DNA from: Dicyema japonicum
Lineage: Eukaryota; Animalia; Dicyemida
Length of the DNA stretch: 64,000 nucleotides
Assembly (NCBI GenBank): GCA_011109175.1
Contig: RDEW01000001.1
Coordinates: forward strand, 1,068,360 to 1,132,359
Reading direction: 5' to 3'
A model generated the notes under the pieces. It saw only the letters and a program-made list of their open reading frames with translations, had not been told where the DNA came from and did not search any database. The position numbers were made by a program, and so were the translations under genes. Of this stretch, positions 12,641 to 24,734 are shown piece after piece (position 1 is the stretch's first letter; each line of letters opens with the position of its first letter).

Positions 12641-14731
12641 ATGACTCTTACGAAGCAATCTTCGAGAATCCCACTAATATTGCAAATAGAGGAGCTTAAA
12701 TCTAAAATTGCCCTCGTGGGTTGTTCTAATAGTCTCTAAATATTAGAGGGGAACAAGAAAATATCAACTGACAAAAGTGAGAACAAAATAAGCGAAAATT
12801 CGGCCAAAATTGCTGAATTAAGAAAAGAGATTTTGCAACTCCGCAAAAACTACGCAGCTTCTTTATCAGTATTTTTGTTTAAAGACCCAGTCGAACGAAA
12901 ACATCATCAAACAATGTTTCGAGGGGAGACCGGCAGAAAAGAAAAGAGATTTTGCAACTCCGCAAAAACTACGCAGCTTCTTTATCAGTATTTTTGTTTA
13001 AAGACCCAGTCGAACGAAAACATCATCAAGCAATGTTTCGAGGGGAGACCGGCAGAAAAGCACTCCTTAAAGAGTGAAACTGGACTGGTGGAGCTTGTTG
13101 GGTATTTTAGAACGCCTTGGCTATTATGGACAGCAAATTATGCAATCAAATCAAGAAAATGAATTTGGTTTCCTACGAAACGGCCTGCAAGGAAAGGAAG
13201 CTGCAGGATTTGGAGGCGGTAATAAAAAGTAAAGAAAATTACGAGATTCCTGACGTCTCCCCGGAGGAAATGAAAGAGATGGAAGTATAAGCTAGGAGTT
13301 GATCGTAGACGATAAGCAAGATTCAAAATAAAATAAACAGAGTGAGGCTGAAGGTCCACGAATCCAACTGGGTCGGGGAAACCTACGACAAAATAAAGAA
13401 TATTTTAGAAACTGTATTTTATTGAGGCACATCAGGCTGCTCTTCATTACCCAAACATGCTCAATGGGGAAGAGGAAATGTTGAAGAGATTGCGAGAGGA
13501 GTTAAAGAAGCTAAAAATTCTGCAAGAGGATGCTCAGAAGGCTAAGATCTCGGCGATGGACCTACAAAACAGGACTGAACGCCGTGTTTTTGCGTTGCGG
13601 AAAAAACGAGAGATTGAACTTCAAAAGCTCAAAAAAGAAGCCGAGGACAAAACCTTGGAAGCCGAACAGCTAAACCGTCTAGTAAGGGTCATTAAAAATT
13701 AGACTCAAAATGAAAACTCAACTCCTCATGAGGAGACCAGCATTTTCCTGATGAAAGACGAAAGTGAGAGCAAAATGGCAGAATACGATAACTTTTTGCA
13801 GCAAATCAAGACTGCCACGTCAATCAGCGACACGAGGGTAGGGTTGGGTTTATTTTTAAAGGAATTGAAAGACGAAAGTGAGAGCAAAATGGCAGAATAC
13901 GATAACTTTTTGCAGCAAATCAAGACTGCCACGTCAATCAGCGACACGAGGGTAGGGTTGGGTTTATTTTTAAAGGAATTAGTCCTCAGGTTCGAAAATC
14001 AGCAAAAAACGGCAGAACAGTTGGAAAAAATAAAAATCAAGAACGAAGAAAGCTTGAATTCGCTGGCTCGAGAAAAGGAAAATATTTTAAAAAAGTATGA
14101 ACTCACAAAATTTACGGGGGACATGAAAATAATTGAGTAATTCTTACATTATGAGTTTCAGGAACTGGAATGTGATTCAGGAACTGACAGAAATGCTGGA
14201 AGAGGAGATTAGCAAGAAAAATCTGCTGGAACTCGAATTTTTGGAGGACAGCAAGACTTTGGTTGACATAAAAACTGGAATCGATCATCTGTCGCAGATA
14301 TTGTCGGTCCTCTACAAAGTCTGTTCACCTTTTTGACTTTAGGACGTGGAGCTGGAAGAAGGGGAGGAACATGAAGATGAGTATATCAATATGTTCGACA
14401 TTGTGCAGAAAAAAATCAAACTGCTGCACCAAGAACTCAAAAACTACAACTTGGAAGAGTATGAACAAATGGCCACTAGTCACGAGGTAACTATTTCCTC
14501 CAAATTGAAAGACGATGGAGGAGAAAATGCTGGAGGGAAGTGAAGACACTACAAACCTAAAATCTGGACAAGAGGTCATTTATGAAGGTTGAATGAAGAA
14601 TTAACAAAATAGATAATCAGGAAAGTGGAGACGATGAAGGAGTTTTGACGAGGGAGGAGCTTAAAAAACAAGCCAAAATGCTTGTCGAGACGAAATCACT
14701 TAAAAAACGAAAAGGAACGAAAAAACGATAA
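12641..14731 (+). CDS. CCDC151: Outer dynein arm docking complex subunit CCDC151/ODAD3, multi-exon, with two probable assembly duplications
   Basis: Spliced translation QIEELKSKIALVEGNKK...ISENSAKIAELRKE; LRKKREIELQKLKKEAEDKTLEAEQL; QIKTATSISDT..LVLRFENQQKTAEQLEKIKIKNEESL; GDDEGVLTREELKKQAKMLVE...*. This is collinear with human ODAD3 as I recall it along the whole length. Confidence 0.8.
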
Positions 14732-14753
14732 CTAATTAACAGTTATACTAATT

Positions 14754-16130
14754 TTACTCATATTCTAAAATCGTTATAAGTCCACAGGGAGTGACCCCAT
14801 TTTCCATGTCCTAGGGTCTCCTAATAGTGTGCCCAGAGTAACTAAACTAACTTGTAAAGTCCAAGTTATCATCCTGATACTCACTGGATATCAAAGTAAT
14901 GCTATTTTCCCCCATGATATTGGAGTTGAAAAGGAAAGGAATTTCCTAGGTTCCTCCAAACGGGGTCCCACAGTCGTATGTCGGAGAGACTAGCATTCCA
15001 TACTGCTTTTCTCATCGGGCAATGTGTTAGTTCGTATTTTGGAGATTTCGAAATATAAAATCGAGCTTGAGTTTTTTAGCCACGTGGGATGAATGTAACA
15101 TTCAGATTTGGTAAATAAAGTCTCAAGTCTAAAATTCAATCTCGCTAACAACGACAAAAACGTGCCAATTCAAATATTCTTTGAAAATGTGGATCTCGAA
15201 GAAAACATAGATATCCGAGGAATAATATAATCTGAGGTGCATCACTAACGACAGGGCGGTTTTATTTTTGAGTCGCGGGTGCTCATAGAACACTACTCAG
15301 AGTATTGACACGTGCCATTTGTTGTGCAGCTACGGTTATTATTATGTCACATAACAAGCAAGATATCACCACTGACGCGTTGTAATGATATTTATTATTG
15401 CTATGAACTGCTGTTCTTCCATTCATTCCTTCGCAGTGGTGTAAATGTATGGTCGAATTACTTTGATGTTATCAAATAACTTTATGATAATTTAAATGCT
15501 ATATTGAGATTAATCAAATCGACTTGAAATCTTTCACTTGGCATTGCCACAATAACATCTGGATGACTGTCCAAATCAGAGAGGTCAATCGGTACCAGTA
15601 AATGCAAGACCTATCCATAAGATTCCACATATAATACTTAAGAGGTTCTTGTAGCTTTGAATGTCGTGATATCAAATTATATTTTGTCTTTCCCACCAAT
15701 AAACCTAAACGAGATTAGTGGTATATAATTTATGCTGGTCAGTGTATGAAAACATAAGAGGAAGACATAATATAGGGTTTCCCGATCAATAACGTCACTT
15801 TCTAATAATTAACATTGGATGAGGGTAAACATATTAAAAATAACATCTTAAAACTCACAATGAGGTCGAATTTTCAGTATCATAAAGACCAAGACAAGGA
15901 AGAGCTATTTCAGGATCTTCTACGTATATTCCCGTAGGGGCCATTAGAGCCAGAAATTGCATCAATGATTAATTTTTCTGGAATCCTTAAAAAATCTTTG
16001 TTATGAAGAAGGAATTGAATACCAGATACCTTTGATAATGCCTGTTTTCATCATTTTACGGACAATCTCCACGTTCCATTACCCCTTACTCGCCATTTCT
16101 CAATCCGATTGAGAATTAATTCAGCACGTG
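14754..16130 (-). pseudogene. Unidentified decayed gene convergent with CCDC151
   Basis: Long protein-like frame LPNLNVTFIPRG*KTQARFYISKSPKYELTHCPMRKAVWNASLSDIRLWDPVWRNLG...GGK*HYFD with internal stops, plus GT-AG micro-intron-like segments. Confidence 0.3.
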
Positions 16131-17229
16131 GAAAAACTATAAGTTTTCAGAGGGGTGTTGAAAATGAGAAAATTTTAAAAAAGTTTGTTTTTTCCCTTAA
16201 AAATTTAGTGACGGTAATGGTCGGGAAAACCAATAAATTGTTCACTGAGAGAAAAAAACACTAGTGTTTTTCGAAAATAAGCCCATGCCAAAAACAATGC
16301 CAAAAATAATCAAATATAAAAAAAATTTTTAAATCTATTAAATAAATATTTTCAATATAATCGATAATTATTTCCATTTCTTAGGAAATACATATTTATT
16401 CTCTAATTAAGCATATTGCTTTTCAGATTTTTTTCTGCTAAATTGAAACCTGACTGTAGCCTTGACTGCAAAAAATCAAGAGGAACTTCTTTGCCTCTTG
16501 GTGTAATTCCGCAGCATTCCAAACTTTCAAGTATTGACATTGTGTTATTTTATTTATTGAAATTATATTATTTGCAAAACACATTCCCATCTTCCAAAAG
16601 AATCCATATATAATAAAAACTTTTTATAAATTAATTAAATTACTGAATTAAATTAATTTATAAAATTTAGTTCAAAAATAATTCGTCCCAAATTTTTCTG
16701 GAAACCCCGTTATATTATGAACCCGCCTAACCACGACGTATCACTAACCGACTTTAATAAAATTAAATAAAAATATGAAAAATAATGATTTGAATTTCTT
16801 GCTGTTGTGGACATGATGCTTTCTTGTAAAAAGAAAAAAATATGTTTCATTCGACTTATCTACAAAAAGTACTAAAATAAAAAACAAAAGGACCGTAGAG
16901 AATGTGGCCGATGAAGTGGTCAATGCTGACCTTAAAGAACATCTTCTCTCTCTGCAATGTCTAGTTGACAAAGTTCACACCGTGGACCGGAAACAGTGGG
17001 CTGTGGAAGTCGTTGAGTCAGCAAAATCCAGATTCAAGAGGATTCCCCGTGGTGGTTGGTCTCTGATTACGAACCCTTTTAATTTGAGATTCGGGACATC
17101 GAAATCCGTTGCCAATTTTAAATGCCTGCTCTCCACCAAGTTAAAGTGAATCACTTTGTGGCCTTCAGTCGAGGAAAAATAAATGGCAGAAGCTTCAAAT
17201 TGAAGCTTTATCACTGATATCATATACGC

Positions 17230-18450
17230 TTAGCAATTGGGAAGAGAAACGAAAAGCAAACTCACTAAACTTAAGCAACAACTTGAGCAAATTCAAACGG
17301 CTCGTGAAATGAACGGGAAGAAGCAATTTGACAAAGAAATACGCAATACATATGCTCATATGGCTTTAAAAGATCAAAAAGGGGAGAAAGCGAGAGGGTT
17401 TCTGCATATGTTTGCGGTCAAATAAAAATTGTTGAGAAGCGCCTTAGAAGTGCCAACTGGTGCCTCGAAAATACATCGTGATCGAAGTACTGCATCAGCT
17501 ACTGCAAGCTATGAAATCAGCAGTGCTTGCAATGGATGGAAAATCATATTGCGATGGTGATTTCACCAAGAAATGCCTTGTAGAACAGCAAAAATTATTT
17601 TTTCCAGAAACGCCCACTTGTTTAAAGATATTTCATTAACCAGACGCACTGCTGCCGAACACATTAATGAAATGTCTTTGAAGTAAAGTCTGAATTGTTA
17701 AAATTTGACTATTTTCCAATTGCGATCGATTAAACAGTCGACTTTGTTGGAATTGCACAATTAGCTATCTTTGTTGGAGCATGTGATTCAGATTTTAATA
17801 TGTCTTTGAAGTAAAGTCTGAATTGTTAAAATTTGACTATTTTCCAATTGCGATCGATTAAACAGTCGACTTTGTTGGAATTGCACAATTAGCTATCTTT
17901 GTTGGAGCATGTGATTCAGATTTTAATAATTATGGAGAATTTATCGAACTGGTCCAATGCAGTACCAGAAAATCTATTTCCCACCACAAAAAAACCATTT
18001 TTAATCCATCTGCTTATCTCCAAGAATGGTCACTAGAAGAGTAGAGTAAATGTCCCTGGATTTAAATCTCTCCTTAAACACCGGTCTTGGGATTTTCGAA
18101 TATTTCTCAATCGCAGTGACAGGAACCAATGTTTTCGGGCATTTAATACAGCTTTTAACAGAATCAAATTTCCCACTTTAAAATTTGTTGAATTACGACA
18201 GATGGGGCTCCTTCTATGGTTGGGAACAAAAAGGGAATTATTACTTTACTTCTAAAAGAAATGGAAAATCTCGGAATTCAGCACACTTTGATCAAAATTC
18301 TCCTTCTATGGTTGGGAACAAAAAGGGAATTATTACTTTACTTCTAAAAGAAATGGAAAATCTCGGAATTCAGCACACTTTGATCAAAATTCATTATATT
18401 ATTCATCAAAAAGAAATAGCTGACAAATCCACATTTAATCGAAAATGTTA
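17230..18450 (+). mobile_element. hAT (SPIN/GTF2IRD2-like) transposase remnant
   Basis: ASYEIS, FDYFPIAID...AQLAIFV, PSMVGNKKG and IHYIIHQ (the hAT HC..H motif), with many frameshifts. Confidence 0.8.
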
Positions 18451-18539
18451 AAAAATGGCTTTTATATTTGGAAGCACATTTTTATGTAACAGGTATTCTC
18501 TAAAATGCACAAAATAACTATAATCCATAAAATTACCTC

Positions 18540-18912
18540 CCTCGTCAGTTAAGTGTACAAGGTATTTCATAGTCTTCTTCCAGGGAATGTCTTGTAACGT
18601 GTTCTCGCGTTTTCAACCATTTCTTAGACTCCAAAGGGTTCAAAGAGGCATTATAAATTATGACGTCATCAGCGTATATCAAGATTTCTGTACACAAGAA
18701 AAATAAGTCTAATTTTTCGGAAAAAANCTCGTCAGTTAAGTGTACAAGGTATTTCATAGTCTTCTTTCAGGGAATGTCTTGTAACGTGTTCTCGCGTTTT
18801 CAACCATTTCTTAGACTCCAAAGGGTTCAAAGAGGCATTATAAATTATGACGTCATCAGCGTATATCAAGATTTCTGTACACAAGAAAAATAAGTCTAAT
18901 TTTTCGGAAAAA
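18540..18912 (-). mobile_element. LINE RT fragment (YADD), tandemly duplicated
   Basis: TEILIYADDVIIY occurs twice, on either side of the single n at 18727. Confidence 0.7.
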
Positions 18913-19039
18913 ATGAAAATAGGCTAGAAATTTTTAAAGGTACAGCAAAACTCCCCTAGCCGCCAAATTTTAGCGAAAATCGCCAAATCATATGGCAAAC
19001 TCCTTCTAACCGCCAGTTTTCTTAATCGCTAACTTTTCA

Positions 19040-19310
19040 AAAAATAGTCCATTAAATGTAATTCCATCAAGCTAATGTCTCTACCATCAAAGTTCATTCA
19101 ACCGCTTAACAGAGGAATAATCAAATTGGTCAAAACACAGTTTACCATCAGAAAACTTGATGATATAATTTAAAAAATGGAATAGGACAAACCCACATTT
19201 GAGGAATACAAAAATTTGAACATTAAAGCCGCCGTGGAATATTAGAGCTTTGCTTGGAGAGAAATCTGCCCAATCAGAATTTTAAAATGTTTTAATCGTG
19301 CCAAATAGTA
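19040..19310 (+). mobile_element. pogo/Tigger transposase remnant
   Basis: FIQPLNRGIIKLVKTQF...LNIKAAVEY*SFAWREI...CF. Confidence 0.65.
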
Positions 19311-19439
19311 AAATAAAAAATTGACCCACAAATAAGAACGCTGCTGAGAATTATAATATTTTTGTTTGAAGGTCCAATTTATTAGATCTCATCACGCAAC
19401 TATTCAATTGGCTACCTCACGAAAATATTTAACCCAGAG

Positions 19440-20010
19440 GCCTACAGAAGCTGAACGTTGTAGGTGCGCTTGTCCGGCGGACTCCTTTGAATTTGGATGC
19501 TTCTTTGCAACACTCTACCGGCAAATTATCGCGCCGGGTGTGAAGTATGCCTCGGTTGCGACGAGATTCGCGTTATCGGAGATTACGCTTCACAGACTCA
19601 ACTCGATATACCGGAAAACCATACAAATGATGGGCCCTCACATTGGATCAACAATCAATTCCCTATTATCCGTGGAAACGACCCTTAATCGCGGATCGGG
19701 ATTCCTTCGAGTCCATGTCCTTTTCGAAGGTGGGGATTACCAACTTTACTGGTGGGGGTTATTACTATTATGAAAAACACTGGCTGGAGATTCAAGTCAT
19801 GTCTGTGAGGTGCGATGACCATAGAAAAACAGTTTTCCCCACGAGCAGATGACCCATATGAAAACCCACTTCCATCATAGTAAATACAATCTTTGCTTAC
19901 ATACATGTCTAAGAGTTGGGAACCCTTCCAAAGAAGTAGAAGAGGAAGATCATGTTAGAAACCGGCCAGGCTTTGCGTCTCCTCGGACAGGTAGATCACA
20001 TGAAGCCTCT
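19440..20010 (+). mobile_element. LINE C-terminal fragments
   Basis: 19480-19730 is homologous to 36905-36992 joined to 37648-37780. The region ends in gtagatcacatga, a GIT*-like end. Confidence 0.6.
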
Positions 20011-20420
20011 TAGGAATTGAAAAAAAGAGTTGAAAGAATGCATAAATTTTGTCAACACTAACAACTTAGCTGCCTGGACGATTTTATTTTAGATGTTTCC
20101 TCTAAAACATTTCTTCTCTTATAAAAAAAGTAGAAATTTTTGAAATGCTATTCCAGCGACTATCTCATTTTTTAATCTGTAACAGGTGTGTGCATCACTT
20201 TTTGACTTATCAGCACCACACACTCCAAACAGCTACGAATTCATCATCCTACCACTTCATCTATGTGTAACTTCAAACTATAAGTATTTTTCAGGACAAA
20301 AATAAATTATGAATTTTGAGGTGACAAACCTAATTACAGCGTATACTCATTAATCTAATTCTTAATTCTGATTATATACTACAGAGATGTGCAAAACTAA
20401 TGTATTAGGTGGTATTATAA

Positions 20421-21537
20421 TCATATTTTAATGTAAGTACCTCTTCTTTTTGCTCTGATGATGGAATAAAGCATAACAACACCAATAAAACTGCCAGCCA
20501 TAACTGATCCACCAATAAAAGGAAGCCAACTATCATGAATATTGTAGACAATGCAATCATTCCCTAGCAGATTAATCAAAATCAAACCAATTCCGACAAA
20601 ATCATAAATAGTATCATTCCTAAATAACAACACCAATAAAACTGCCAGCCATAACAGATCCACCAATAAAAGGAAGCCAACTATCATGAATATTGTAGAC
20701 AATGCAATCATTCCCTAGCAGATTAATCAAAATCAAACCAATTCCGACAAAATCATAAATAGTATCATTCCTAAAAAATTGTATCATAAAAAAGCATATT
20801 TTCAGAACAACGTCATTCGTAAATTCTATCATCTTGTTCTTGCAAGTGTAGTAATCATTGGCTTTAATATTTCCAAATGATTCATTACTTGTGTAAGTAA
20901 GTCCGTTATCTAATAAATTATAAATATTAATACATAGTCTCAGCTCAGTGTGATTCACTACATAGGAATCATTCCTTAACATAAAGGAAGTAAAAGTTAA
21001 TTGGAATCCCCCAGATGCCAATATTATGGTGGATTTTGATTTACACAAATAATCACCCGTAACATTAGNTGTAGTAATCATTGGCTTTAATATTCCCAAA
21101 TGATTCATTACTTGTGTAAGCAAGTCCGTTATCTAATAAATTATAAATATTAATACATAGTCTCAGCTCAGTGTGATTCACTACATAGGACTCATTCCTT
21201 AACATAAAGGAAGTAAAAGTTAATTGGAATCCCCCAGATGCCAATATTATGGTGGATTTTGATTTACACAAATAATCACCCGTAACATTAGTTTGCACAT
21301 CAAATTTGTGGTATTTTTTCTATTTTTAACACGTCTTTTACTATTTTATCTTCCAAATATAAGACTTCAATTATTCCACTCACAATGCCCTTCACTGTGT
21401 TTTCTTCTGCCAATATCCACTTTATAAGATTAGTTGGATTTTTGGCTGCTATTTATTCGGACATAGGTACCTTCATGATTAACTATAATGCTTGTAATTG
21501 CTGAAGTATACATCAGAATAAAGTTGAAGGTCATCAT
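20421..21537 (-). CDS. LAMP-like type I membrane glycoprotein (possibly a pseudogene; model disturbed by duplications)
   Basis: Hydrophobic N-terminus MMTFNFILMYTSAIT, many N-x-S/T sites, Cys segments DYLCKSKSTI and DYYTCKNKMIEF, and a C-terminal TM segment followed by KRRGTYIKI* (a YxxPhi lysosomal signal). There are stops in the 5' part. Confidence 0.5.
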
Positions 21538-21627
21538 AACCTATTTAAATGTTTTATTTCAATTTTTAAATTTATCAAACAATTTATTTGATTTTTATTA
21601 AAATTTAAATAATCTTAAATGAAATTA

Positions 21628-21674
21628 AATGTGACCGGTTTAGAATGAGATACGGTTGAATACGAGCCGTTAAA
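21628..21674. repeat. Mutator-like terminal sequence, inverted relative to 25915-25944
   Basis: aatgtgaccggtt...gaatacgagccgttaaa is the reverse complement of tttaacggctcgtattcaaccggtcacatt with a 17-nt insert. A third copy lies at about 28845-28886. Confidence 0.55.
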
Positions 21675-21744
21675 AATCGATAGTCAATATACCGACTTAA
21701 AAAGCCAATCAAACAAAATGGCAATCCGATAGATAACAGATAAC

Positions 21745-22905
21745 GCAATAAGAAGAGAAATTCAATAAGAAACAAACCGTACATGTGGTAAAGAAACGAC
21801 TGTGTCAAATGTTAGCATAAACTTGAAGATATGTTCACCTTCTAGTAATTTTTTAAACAAAATAGTGATAAATTTAACGTTAGTTGACCTACCTGGTATA
21901 ACAAAAGTGGCAACCGGAGGACAGAGTGATAACATTGTCGGAATGATCAGAGAAATGGTGTTAAAGTTCATAAAAAGTGAAAACTCGTTAATATTGGCCG
22001 TGAGTCCGGCAAACACAGATTTGGCAAATTCAGATGCCCTTCAAATAGCTAAAGAAGTAGATCCTGAAGGAAGAGAACAATAGGAGTGATAACAAAAATT
22101 GATATGATGGATACTGAGACTAACGCTCGTGAAATATTAAAAAATAGAGTGTTTCCACTTCAAAGAGGTATTATTTTATACGAATTTAAGGATTTGTTGG
22201 GGTTATAAATCGAAGTCAAAAAGAGATCGAACAAAAACTTCCAATAGATAAATCTCTAATTAAAGAGAGTGAATTCTTCAGAAATCACAGTGCTTACAGG
22301 TTGTAACATGCATGTAATCAGACATATGGCTGATCGAATGGGAACGATATTTCTTCAAAAATATTTGAATTTCCCAACTTTACCAACATATTCTACATGT
22401 TTTGCCTTCTCTTGATAAAGCAATATCTACCAACTTTCACTTTGCAACCGCAAGTAAATGAAATAGAATCAAAAGGGGGCAAAATGTCACATAGAGAAAT
22501 AATGACGTTAATTGTATTATTTAATTTTAGAACTATTTCTAAATTTTCAAATATGATGAAAGACTCTTTAATTTCCTCTAGTTCTTCGATAGACACTAAA
22601 ACGCTCTTTGTTGGTGCCGCTATTAACAATCATTTTATAAAAATTTCCCTTCTAGTTTGGAAAATCTTCTCAAAAACTGAAAGAATTGATCTTAATAATA
22701 AAATACGGATTTCAATACAAAATGTCCACGGAGTTAAGTTTATTTGTTTTCTTTTTTAAAGGACTGGCCTTAATAAACCTGATTCTGCTTTTGAGATGAT
22801 TGTTAAGATGGAAATTGAAAAGACTTTTGATGCTACAGTAAGCTGTCTTGATAATGTTTACAGTCTTGTCAACTCTACTGTGGACACTTATCTCAATATG
22901 GTAAA
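21745..22905 (+). pseudogene. DNM: Dynamin-family GTPase fragment with introns, lacking the P-loop and C-terminal domains
   Basis: [12 protein letters not shown]...[27 protein letters not shown], then TIGVITKID after a frameshift at about 22072, NVHG-TGL..PDSAFE. There is an in-frame TAA at about 21765, and 21-23 nt introns. Confidence 0.85.
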
Positions 22906-22929
22906 CGCTATAATTAACTAACTAAACAA

Positions 22930-23380
22930 GGAAGACCCATTAACTAAAGAGGAAAGCCAAGATTTGGGGTCGTCTATATCGTGGCACTTTCATGAGACAC
23001 CGTATTGCTCTTCTCCGTAAAAAGCCCCAATTACAATGCGAGTTTCCACAAGCAATGTAATAAATCACCGATTCTTCTCGTTTTTCTTTCGTATTACTCT
23101 CGTAGTTTTTTAGAATATATTCCTCCGATAGTTATCCATCTTATGGTTGTATGTAGTTGAATGCTTGTTAGTTCACAAAGATTTTCTTCATTGATCGTGG
23201 GTAGTCTTGTATTTAAAGAAGTTTTGTAGTAAATTAAAGTTCCTGTTCCGCACAAGAACCAGTCTTCCACAAAAATATCTAATGAGTCGTATCCATCAAT
23301 TTTAAATGGTCTTTTCTTCAATTTAGTTTCGTTTATAATTAGAACTTCCATCTGTTTAATTATGTCGGACATATATAATA
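22930..23380 (-). mobile_element. LINE APE endonuclease fragment
   Basis: EVLIINETKLKKRPFKIDGY...GTGTLIY...ITIGGIY. Confidence 0.65.
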
Positions 23381-23699
23381 TATTTTGCCGTTATTCACAA
23401 ATAATAAACATGTGCTCTATAAAATGTTTATTTTTTATGATAATAATAGGCTTCGTCAAAAATATTATAGAATATCAATTCATAGTGAACATTCTAAATG
23501 GTGATTTTGTACAGAAATCTTCAAAACAAGCGAAATACAAATTAATGAAAAAATCCGAGAAAATTTTGTCATTGATGGTCGAGTATACCTCAAAGACGGA
23601 AAATTTGAAAACCTGATAGACACTAAATCCCTATGCGGCCTTCGGCAACTGTTCTTTAGATAGACATTACATCCCTATGCGGCCTTCGGCAACTGTTTT

Positions 23700-24100
23700 T
23701 CAGATAGAAACAACGTTCATCAAATAAAGTATGATTTTTCTATTGGAAATGAGGTATTTTCAGTGGATAAATTTAGATACGAGTTTTAAAGGATTATGTG
23801 ACAAATCCATCGCTAAGGTTGAGCAGATTTGAATCTCCATATGAAGAGCTAAGTAAAATTACTCAAATTTTGTCAAACATCCGAATAAAGCTTTATTTAG
23901 TTTTTTTATCACAGATTAAGGAGGATCAGGAAAATTGAAAATAGTCAACATGACTCGAGTCAAGAAAATATAGACTTAAAAAAATACATTCTTTGATTTT
24001 TGATTAGAAACCAATTAGTGTTGATTTGATGATAGGTGACATGTGATTGACAGATGAAATGTAACCAGCAGTGGATGGGTAACCCGTGCGGTACGCGACA
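23700..24100 (+). mobile_element. Ginger-like integrase transposon, 3' remnant ending in ACA
   Basis: Homologous to 55742-56130(-), which connects to an rve-type integrase start. Terminus ggtaacccgtgcggtacgcgaca. Confidence 0.55.
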
Positions 24101-24259
24101 TATTATTTTTTGCTTTAGCAGAGTAAAATAGACAACCTTCATAACAAAAACAAGCGTGAGCAAAAATCTATTACTATTCTATCTGATGCAAGCCGTTAAG
24201 AAAATGATAATTTGTGAGAAATTTAAATTATTAACATTACTAATCATTATAAAGATAGG

Positions 24260-24600
24260 AATTAATTTATTGATTTTTTTTCATTAAAAAATTATTGATT
24301 TCAAACGGCTTTAACGGTTCCCATTCAAAATGGCCTCCGATTAATTTTTTCAGGTTTTGGATGAGTTCATCAATAAACATCACGAGATATTTTACAATGT
24401 GTTTGACATCTTTAAGTAAAAAGTCATCTTTTTTAAATCTTATAAAAATTGATTTTAAGGGTATTATGGGTAAGTGGAACATTTTACCAAGGTCCTTGAC
24501 ATCTTTAGGTAAAAAAGTCATCTTTTTTAAATCTTATAAAAATTGATTTTAAAGGATATTATGGGTAAGCGGAACATTTTATCAAAATCCTCCAAACCCT
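24260..24600 (-). mobile_element. Inverted duplicate of the Mutator transposase 3' region
   Basis: 24321-24388 is the reverse complement of 25842-25908 (LVMFIDELIQNLKKLIGGHFEW). Confidence 0.6.
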
Positions 24601-24734
24601 ATGATTTTAAAATACTAATTGACTTGGAATAAAAATTAATAATTTTTATTAAAACTAAATTTAATTAGTTATCTCTTTTAACTTCTTTTATTATAATAAT
24701 GCTTTTGAATAATTTAATTAATTGATTCACTATT

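Noticed and set aside
15540-15610. DLSDLDSHPDVIVAMP resembling an FG-GAP/integrin calcium-binding repeat
   Set aside because: Single short match; flanking frames do not extend any integrin or ITFG1 similarity.
16900-17160. ORF with KRIPRGG resembling the CRE RIPK motif
   Set aside because: No other CRE motif nearby; cannot be assigned.
21760-21770. In-frame TAA in dynamin as a sign of a ciliate-type genetic code
   Set aside because: Intact genes end in TAA, TAG or TGA and their exons read through in the standard code. The same copy also has a frameshift, so it is simply a pseudogene.
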